This document shows, piece after piece, positions 57,438 through 64,000 of a stretch of 64,000 nt of DNA. The notes under the pieces were generated by a model. It ran no database searches. It saw only the letters and a program-made list of their open reading frames with translations, and was not told the origin of the DNA. The stretch comes from Oligoflexales bacterium (GTDB lineage: Bacteria > Bdellovibrionota_B > Oligoflexia > Oligoflexales > CAIYRB01), in NCBI GenBank assembly GCA_041736175.1, contig JBGSUI010000014.1, forward strand, positions 1 to 64,000. Direction: 5' to 3'. The translations under genes and the position numbers were made by a program. Numbering within the stretch: position 1 is the stretch's first letter; each line of letters begins with the position of its first letter.

Positions 57438-58799
57438 ATGCTTAGAAAAATTCCCTACTCGTTGCTGATTGTTGGTAGTTTAGGACTCGCTTTGTTTTCC
57501 CGATGTCGCCCCAGCTCAAAGCCTACTACAAGCGATTTAGAGCATTATTTCGAAAACAATCAGCTCTGGGCCCTTGGTCAGGTAACCTTGGGCGATATAG
57601 CCCAGATGCCGGATATTTTTATAAAAACGGTTTCCCCCAGCAGATCCCCCACCTTGCCGGGAACGGGCGGTAGTGCCCCGCAAAAAGCCAGCACTGATCA
57701 AACTTTAGGCGATTATCAACTCAGTGGACAGATTGGAGGAGAATCTAAAGATGTCGCTTTTGTGGATTACCATCCCACCGAAACCAAACTCTTAAGTTAT
57801 ATCTATCGTTTAGAAGTCTTGGGTTCCGGGACCGGTCAGTGGACCGTATACGCAAGGCTTTTTAAGACTCCTAAAATGGCTAAAAGAGCGATGATCGTCC
57901 TCGGAACCATAGGGGCGATGCCCAGTGACCAGCCGCAAAAGCTCCAGCTCGCCATGAATATCAATCGATCGATGATCGTCGATGGGCCAATGCTTGGTTT
58001 TTGGGCCCTGCATATTCCAGATGTGGCCAAGACAGTCGTCCAGCCCTGGCTAGGGATCTGCCCGCGCAATGAAGTTGTTCAAACTGCACAAGGTCCGTTG
58101 GTCGTCGGCCAAACCTCGACCACCCAAACGGGACAGATGCCGGGACAAACGGTGGGCCAAAATCCCCTCCAAGGCCCTGGTCAAGGAAACGTCTGTCGAT
58201 CGCTGGCCGTAGAGCTTGACCTTTGTGGAGGGGATCCTATGGCGACAGGGTGCCTACCACCTATCGATCGATTGCTACAAAAAAAATCTGATAACGGAGA
58301 TGATGGCGATTTACAAACCAAAGTCGAAATCATCAAAGGGGCAACACCGATCGGTGATAGCTCTCAAAGTTATGTCATCGATAAATCCGTTGAATACGCT
58401 CAGTTTGCCATCACATTTCCCAAAGTGAGTGTTAAAACGGAAATGGAAAACAACGACCTCTGTAATAGTGGGCTTCTTACCGTACAAAAGACAGTCGGTG
58501 GTTTGGCCAATCCTACCTGTTCGGTGACTGTGATTCCATCGTCCCCTCGACTCTCAAAGGTGGCGGCAACTGGTGGAAACGGAGGGTTGCCCGTATTACA
58601 GATGTTGCGATGTGCCCTTCAGGTGCAATTCACTAACCCCCGGACTTACCTAGAAAGGGTGTGCCAACTTGGTCTCGAACTACGACCCGCGCGCGCACCT
58701 TTAGGGGGTTCAGGTCAGCTTAATCCTGCAGAAATCAAATCCCAAATAGACGAAAATCTCAAGGAGTGGGTGGCCTTTCAGGTCGTTGTAAGACCGTGA
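57438..58799 (+). CDS. Hypothetical lipoprotein
   Basis: GGAG RBS, hydrophobic signal with Cys, paired cysteines, GQ-rich insert. Confidence 0.7.
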   Translation: MLRKIPYSLLIVGSLGLALFSRCRPSSKPTTSDLEHYFENNQLWALGQVTLGDIAQMPDIFIKTVSPSRSPTLPGTGGSAPQKASTDQTLGDYQLSGQIGGESKDVAFVDYHPTETKLLSYIYRLEVLGSGTGQWTVYARLFKTPKMAKRAMIVLGTIGAMPSDQPQKLQLAMNINRSMIVDGPMLGFWALHIPDVAKTVVQPWLGICPRNEVVQTAQGPLVVGQTSTTQTGQMPGQTVGQNPLQGPGQGNVCRSLAVELDLCGGDPMATGCLPPIDRLLQKKSDNGDDGDLQTKVEIIKGATPIGDSSQSYVIDKSVEYAQFAITFPKVSVKTEMENNDLCNSGLLTVQKTVGGLANPTCSVTVIPSSPRLSKVAATGGNGGLPVLQMLRCALQVQFTNPRTYLERVCQLGLELRPARAPLGGSGQLNPAEIKSQIDENLKEWVAFQVVVRP

Positions 58800-58905
58800 G
58801 GTCAGCACGACAGAGCCTTTGTCTTACCCGCGAGTGGTGATACACTCTCCCGGCACTGAGCTTGGTGCTTTGGTGTGAGCAACTTAAATGTTTGGGGCGT
58901 GTCTG

Positions 58906-59112
58906 ATGGTACCATTTAGAGTTTTTGACAAAGAAAATAAAGAAATGTGGGTCATCCTCAATTATCATCAATCGGGAGGCGAAGGGTCTTATCTGGCGGC
59001 CCGAGAAGATGATACCGAAAAGGATGGGGAGCTTGCGATCATTCCTGCAGGTCAATTGGCTAAGTTTAGACTAGTGGATTTTCTTGAAGAAGAAGCAACC
59101 TACGATGACTAG
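58906..59112 (+). CDS. Small acidic hypothetical protein
   Basis: ORF followed by a hairpin terminator. Confidence 0.6.
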   Translation: MVPFRVFDKENKEMWVILNYHQSGGEGSYLAAREDDTEKDGELAIIPAGQLAKFRLVDFLEEEATYDD

Positions 59113-59159
59113 CTTAGGGAACTGGTTGTGAGACGCACCTCTTTCTTTCAGATATTTTT

Positions 59160-59192
59160 AAATCCCTAGGGCTTGTCTATCCCTAGGGATTT
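59160..59192. terminator. Inverted repeat between convergent genes
   Basis: AAATCCCTAGGG ... CCCTAGGGATTT, 12-bp perfect stem. Confidence 0.65.
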
Positions 59193-59199
59193 CCTCCCC

Positions 59200-59472
59200 C
59201 TAGGCCAAGGCATCTTTAAGGATTTTTCCTGGCTTGAAAGCGACGACTCTTTTGGCGGGTATTTGGATCTCTTGGCCTGTTACGGGATTCCTTCCGATGC
59301 GGGCTTTGCGTTTATTGGCTGAGAAAGTCCCAAAGCCAACCAATTTGATATCTTGATCATCTTTGAGCGAGCTGGCTATGACCTCGATAAAGGAATCAAG
59401 CATAGACTCCACCGTTGCCTTGGTTTGCTTAGTTCGGGTTGCCAGCTCATCAACAAGATCAGATTTTGTCAT
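59200..59472 (-). CDS. hup: HU family DNA-binding protein
   Basis: MTKSDL, L.GFGTF, R.GRNP.TG..I.IPA...V.FKPG. Confidence 0.95.
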   Translation of the reverse strand: MTKSDLVDELATRTKQTKATVESMLDSFIEVIASSLKDDQDIKLVGFGTFSANKRKARIGRNPVTGQEIQIPAKRVVAFKPGKILKDALA

Positions 59473-59604
59473 GGGGGTGCTCTCCAAATTGACACAATGA
59501 AATGCTTAAATTTAGCTAAAAATTCTGATATATTTTAACCACGGTTTGATTTCGACTTCAAGCCAAATGGATGTAAAAATTTATAGCGATTCCTAACTCC
59601 GAGG

Positions 59605-60255
59605 ATGGATGTCTCTATCGTGAAATATACAGTTAATTTTATTATACAAAAAAATTATTTTAGAAGCCTTATCAAATTGTGGTGCATGTTTACCAGTCTG
59701 GAATTATCGCCCATTGCGATCGCAAATTCAGCTGAGATTTTGGGAGATAGGGTCATCGTTGCGATCAATGATCAGAGCTATACCCAACGGCAGCTTGAAA
59801 TGTATTTTGTCATGCGACAAAGTCTCTTAGAGAATCATAATTTCTCAGGCCAGCTCATCACTAAGGCAAACTGGAACGAAGCCTTGACTTTTTTTGTAGA
59901 AGAGGTGGTTCTCCTCCAGGAGTCCGATCGCATTGGCGGAGCCGTTGTGCCCCAAGAGCAGTTAGTTAAACTCGCAAAGCGCTCGTCGGCCCAGTTTTCT
60001 AAAAATGGCAGTCTAGAAAAACTTGCAAAACAACTGGAAATGGATGACGCTCTCAAAGAAGCTATGCTCGCGAATATTCAAAAAGTGGAAAGTTTAAAGA
60101 ATTTTAAGAATCAAACATCTCTCAATAGGAAGAGCGAAGGTCAAAATAAAAACTTGGCCATCAACGAATGGCTAAATGAAGTTTTTTCGAGGACCATCAT
60201 CAGATACTATAAGGATGCAAAAGTCTTCCGAACTCTTGGAAAGGGTTCGTCCTAG
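59605..60255 (+). CDS. SurA N-terminal-like exported protein
   Basis: AEI.GDRVIVAIND resembles the SurA-N start. Start uncertain. Confidence 0.5.
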   Translation: MDVSIVKYTVNFIIQKNYFRSLIKLWCMFTSLELSPIAIANSAEILGDRVIVAINDQSYTQRQLEMYFVMRQSLLENHNFSGQLITKANWNEALTFFVEEVVLLQESDRIGGAVVPQEQLVKLAKRSSAQFSKNGSLEKLAKQLEMDDALKEAMLANIQKVESLKNFKNQTSLNRKSEGQNKNLAINEWLNEVFSRTIIRYYKDAKVFRTLGKGSS

Positions 60256-60278
60256 TGTTCATTTAAGCTTGGGGGCTT

Positions 60279-60791
60279 GTGAGTAAAAAAAGAGAAACCA
60301 ATTTAGAATATTTACCTAAGATTGACTCTATATATCTCATCAGTCGGACAGAGATTCAAATCCAAGAACTCAAAGCCATGAGTTTAGAGTGGCAAAAAGA
60401 TATTTTTGGATTTTGGAGCTTTGATGAGGTGCTCCGCTCACTCCAAAGACCTTCCTATCTGGGTTACTATGTGTCGGAGAGATATGATGGACCTTGGAAA
60501 GCCATGGTTCTAGTGGATATAGGTCCATTTACGGCAGATCTAATGTATGTCTATGTAGGCCCAAACTATAGAAAAAGGGGGCTAGCCCGTCGTTTGCTCG
60601 AAACGGTGGAGGCTACGCTGCGTAAGGATTATAGCCATTTAGAAACTCTGTTTCTTGAGGTGAGGGTGTCCCATCTTGGGGCGATCAAGCTCTATGAGAA
60701 GTTTGGAATGGAGCGCATTTCCCAGCGCAAAAGTTACTATAAAGATGGTGAAGATGCTTTTGTCTATCAAAAAAAGCTCATAGGAACATAA
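60279..60791 (+). CDS. rimI: GNAT N-acetyltransferase, RimI-like
   Basis: YRKRGLA, LEVR.S...AI.LY...G...RK.YY.DGEDA. Confidence 0.8.
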   Translation: MSKKRETNLEYLPKIDSIYLISRTEIQIQELKAMSLEWQKDIFGFWSFDEVLRSLQRPSYLGYYVSERYDGPWKAMVLVDIGPFTADLMYVYVGPNYRKRGLARRLLETVEATLRKDYSHLETLFLEVRVSHLGAIKLYEKFGMERISQRKSYYKDGEDAFVYQKKLIGT

Positions 60792-60792
60792 A

Positions 60793-61875
60793 ATGACCCT
60801 TCCCAATGAAATCACTGATGTGGTCTGGCTGCAAACAGGTTTTATCGGCGATATCATATTGAATTCTGCTGCAATCCGACTTCTCTCTCAGGAAAAACCC
60901 GAAATCCGCCAGCATATGATCACCACCCAGGCGGGGGCGGAGATCTTTGCGGGAGATAAAACACTCTTTAATGCGGTGGTCTTCCACAAGCGCAAGAGTT
61001 TTTTTAGTTTAAAGCCATTTATGGAGGCTAAGACAAATATTGACAAAATTGGCCTCAAAAAAGAATCCACTGTTTTGCTCCAAGTGCATCGGAGCGTGCG
61101 CTCCAGTCTATTGTCATGGTTGCTCAATTTTACAACAGCGACCTATTTAGAAACTCCTTTTCGCATCCGAGCACGGTGGAAGGTGCCACGGATTGCGGTC
61201 TTTCACGAGACCGCTAGGATTGGAATGCTCCTTACGACCTTAGGGATCTCAAGGCGAAAGATATTAGAAGCCAGGCCCCACCTTAAGGCTCTTTCTGGTG
61301 AAATAGGCGATTCTGCCGCCCAGTGGTCTACATGGATTTCTGAGACCGATGGTGAAATCATCGCAGTCGCTCCCGGCAGTGTCTGGGGCACAAAACGATG
61401 GCCAAGTGGCTCATTTGCAGAGCTGGTTCAAAAGATCCTAACAAGCAGGGCAAAGGCGCGGATTGTGCTTATTGGGAGTCCCGCAGAGACGGGGACAGCT
61501 CAAGAAATCGTCGACAAGAATCAGGGATGCAGTGATAGGTTATGCAATCTTGTTGGAACGACTTCGCTCCAAGATCTGCGGCGGATTTTTCCCCGAGTGA
61601 AATTATTGATCGCTAATGATAGTTCGCCGATCCATTTTGCCTCGGCGTTTTCAGTCCCAACCATTGGTCTGTTTGGAGCCACAATTCCAGAAATGGGATT
61701 TGGACCAACGGCACCAGGGTCAAAGGTGCTAGGTGTTAAACTTAGGTGCCGCCCATGTAGCGATCATGGGCCCAAACAGTGCCCCTTGGGACATTTTCAA
61801 TGTATGAAAACCTTGTCGGTTGATTCCGTATTTAAAGCTTGTAATGATATACTCGCAACTCAGATCACGAAATAG
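60793..61875 (+). CDS. GT9 LPS heptosyltransferase (WaaF-like)
   Basis: IGDI, APGSVWGTKRWP, NDS.P.H.A.A...PT..LFG.T, CRPC..HG...CP..HF.CM. Confidence 0.9.
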   Translation: MTLPNEITDVVWLQTGFIGDIILNSAAIRLLSQEKPEIRQHMITTQAGAEIFAGDKTLFNAVVFHKRKSFFSLKPFMEAKTNIDKIGLKKESTVLLQVHRSVRSSLLSWLLNFTTATYLETPFRIRARWKVPRIAVFHETARIGMLLTTLGISRRKILEARPHLKALSGEIGDSAAQWSTWISETDGEIIAVAPGSVWGTKRWPSGSFAELVQKILTSRAKARIVLIGSPAETGTAQEIVDKNQGCSDRLCNLVGTTSLQDLRRIFPRVKLLIANDSSPIHFASAFSVPTIGLFGATIPEMGFGPTAPGSKVLGVKLRCRPCSDHGPKQCPLGHFQCMKTLSVDSVFKACNDILATQITK

Positions 61876-61889
61876 AGCTTAACCAAAGA

Positions 61890-62597
61890 GTGGGGGTTTC
61901 AATGAAGGGTAGAACGAGTCCTGTCAGGATGTCTTTTTTTTCAAAAGTATCTTTTTTAACCACGATGGTTTTGATTCCAACTCAAGGCTTTTCGAAGACC
62001 ACAAAGCTCGAAGCTAGAGATCACATCCTCAATATGGCAGGGTGTTTTTCTGTGACCTTTCAATATATTGAGGACGGAATTCACGATGCTTTCTATGCCC
62101 CGGTACTTGAGAAAGCCGTGGTGACCTCCGAGAGTCCATTGACACTAACGCGCTCTCTTATCATCGATGGGGTTGAAGAGCTGCACTGGTCCGATACCTG
62201 GACCAACGTGGGAGAAAATCTTTGGAAGCAAACAGTCATCGGCCCTTTTGGGGATTTCCGTTATGAATGCGAAGGTCCTTTTATCGAAAACCAGTGGAGC
62301 TGTCTGGCCCCTGGCTCGGCAAAGCCAAGGCGAGATCGGGAGCGACCATATGCAACCCTGAATCGCCACAATACCCTTCAAATAAACAACAAAAGATGGG
62401 TTCATGTCCAAAACAACCAAAAGCTAAAAAGTGATGGGAGTCTTTTTAGCGTAGAAGCAGGGTGGAATCGATATGAGCGCCGCCCCGAGAGCGATTGCTC
62501 CATAGCTCCCCCATCGTCTCCCCAATCATCTGAGTTAAGGATAAAGTCATTGCCACAGGGAGATCTAAATGGACCAACGGCTGAGGGACGTGATTGA
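61890..62597 (+). CDS. Secreted protein, DUF6607-like
   Basis: Signal peptide; I..MAGCF.VTF, HW...W, PRR, WVH.Q.N.K, E.G.N.Y.R. Start uncertain. Confidence 0.6.
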   Translation: MGVSMKGRTSPVRMSFFSKVSFLTTMVLIPTQGFSKTTKLEARDHILNMAGCFSVTFQYIEDGIHDAFYAPVLEKAVVTSESPLTLTRSLIIDGVEELHWSDTWTNVGENLWKQTVIGPFGDFRYECEGPFIENQWSCLAPGSAKPRRDRERPYATLNRHNTLQINNKRWVHVQNNQKLKSDGSLFSVEAGWNRYERRPESDCSIAPPSSPQSSELRIKSLPQGDLNGPTAEGRD

Positions 62598-62907
62598 CGC
62601 GTTTGATTCAACTACTGTCATAGCTTCAATCAAAAATGAGATTACCGGTCGGACCCTGCGAGCAGTGACTGGTAATTGGGATCCAGAACAACGAGTCTTC
62701 GCAATTTGGGCTTCTACAGACGACGATATATCGGGAATTTTTGAGGAGGGGCAAGATCAAGGCATATACCTTGAAATTGAGGGAAGTTATTTTGAAGTTG
62801 CCTGGATTGACTCAGAAGTTCAGTACGTTGGAAAACTATATTATAAGAGCGACAGTCGAGGTCGGGCGGAATCCAAACCTTACAAATACATGATGAAGTG
62901 CACTTAG
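62569..62907 (+). CDS. Acidic hypothetical protein (possibly a fragment)
   Basis: ORF overlapping the upstream gene end. Confidence 0.4.
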   Translation: MDQRLRDVIDAFDSTTVIASIKNEITGRTLRAVTGNWDPEQRVFAIWASTDDDISGIFEEGQDQGIYLEIEGSYFEVAWIDSEVQYVGKLYYKSDSRGRAESKPYKYMMKCT

Positions 62908-62937
62908 GACCTGTGTAACTTATTGTTGAGCAGGGCC

Positions 62938-63192
62938 TTAGCCTGTCCGCTTGTAAATCAGAGAGAGGCCGGTGGCGTGCCCAAAGTCAACGATATCAAG
63001 AAGGCGATCTTCGCCCAGCTTCTTACTCAGCTCTTCACGAACTATTAGCCACGCTTTTTTAAAGGCTTGGTGGGTCACTGGATCCTCCTTAAAAGAAGGC
63101 CATATGAGTTTTTCTTTCGAATTCCAACTTCTTAGGATCTGTATCTTTGCAGCCTCGATGTTCGTGCTTATATCGTGATCGACGGCAGTCAT
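62938..63192 (-). CDS. Hypothetical protein, 84 aa
   Basis: AGGAG RBS and ATG start. Confidence 0.6.
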   Translation of the reverse strand: MTAVDHDISTNIEAAKIQILRSWNSKEKLIWPSFKEDPVTHQAFKKAWLIVREELSKKLGEDRLLDIVDFGHATGLSLIYKRTG

Positions 63193-63419
63193 AAAACTCT
63201 CCTAAAGAATGATCTATGCTTGGGCAATTGTTCTACTCCCACACCGATTGATCGGAATACTCTTGGTAAACTTGAATTCTTATAGGTGTTTTTAATCAGC
63301 TGGCATAACATGCTGTATCTATTGGATTTTAATCCTTGACGCCCCCTGTGAATGGAGATTTCATCCTTAGCTTTGGTGGCTCGCAAAGAGTACCATAAGC
63401 ATCTAATAGGATCGCCAAG

Positions 63420-64000
63420 CTACAGAATTCTAGCCCAGACCGCCTTAAGATACCGGCTTTCCGGTGCTTGGGCTAAAAAGGGATGGTCATACCCTGCCCC
63501 TGAGATATGAAAGATCTGGGCTGTTCTCCCACAGTGAAACGCAGCCCTTTTAAGGGCCTCCACAAACTGATCTTCTGAGATGAGTCCACTGCATGAGCAG
63601 GTTAGCAAAGTACCACCGAGCTGGACGATCTCCATCGCCAGTCGGTTAAGGGCGACGTATTTATTAAGGGCTGCATCGACCAGCTCTTGGCTCCGTGTTT
63701 GTTTGGGTGGATCTAAGATAACCAAGCTATATTTAGCTTTTTCCGCTATCTTTTGTTTGAGCCATTGGTAAACATCAGCCACTTCGGTTTTTATAGTAAC
63801 ATTGTTTAGAGCGGCGTTTTCTTGGGCGATTTCTAAAGATGATGGGTCAAGGTCGACTGCGGTGACTTCCGCAGCCTTGCCGAGGGCTTTTGCATAAACC
63901 GAAAAAGCTCCGGTATGGCAGCATAAATCAGCAACCGTGGCGCCTTGGCTTAAGCTAGCAAGGAGTCTTCGGTTATCTCGTTGATCAACAAAAAATCCGG
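63420..64000 (-). CDS. rlmI: RlmI-type 23S rRNA m5C methyltransferase, 3' part
   Basis: Hand translation GFFVDQRDNR, DLCCHTGAFS, VILDPP, TCSCS, DHP...PE..YLK. Runs off the window edge. Confidence 0.88.
   Translation of the reverse strand, partial: GFFVDQRDNRRLLASLSQGATVADLCCHTGAFSVYAKALGKAAEVTAVDLDPSSLEIAQENAALNNVTIKTEVADVYQWLKQKIAEKAKYSLVILDPPKQTRSQELVDAALNKYVALNRLAMEIVQLGGTLLTCSCSGLISEDQFVEALKRAAFHCGRTAQIFHISGAGYDHPFLAQAPESRYLKAVWARIL

Overview
A 64-kb bacterial chromosomal segment. The RomR-like regulator, GltD/GltE-like TPR pair, deltaproteobacterial-type RdgC and many orphan lipoproteins suggest Bdellovibrionota/Oligoflexia or a related 'deltaproteobacterial' lineage (inference). Most of it is housekeeping: uvrA, greB, thiI, mtaB, ccmF/ccmH, birA-coaX fusion, nadC, accBC, efp, panP, gmhA, prfC, HU, rimI, a GT9 heptosyltransferase and rlmI. 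No rRNA, tRNA, CRISPR array, integrase or transposase was recognised. The most unusual part is the 5.6-kb interval (6885-12491) between the convergent 3' ends of a SUV3-like helicase and uvrA. It holds an AAA ATPase + DUF4276 pair, a secreted DJ-1/PfpI protein with a six-cysteine tail, a pentapeptide-repeat lipoprotein and an RHH-PemK/MazF TA pair. These are interleaved with relic copies of both flanking gene ends (31 bp of helicase; 42+17 bp of uvrA) and a 262-bp second copy of the cysteine tail carrying mostly synonymous changes. A second mosaic of truncated TA genes occupies 1-1870. Other candidates are an ADP-ribosyltransferase/Tpt1-like lipoprotein, a DUF1501-type three-gene operon with CxxCH and CX4CH motifs near the ccm genes, a VTT/DedA-lipase fusion, a lipoprotein peptidylarginine deiminase and an NlpC/P60 with a double CxxCxxC insert. 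All family calls come from motif recognition by eye; no searches were run.
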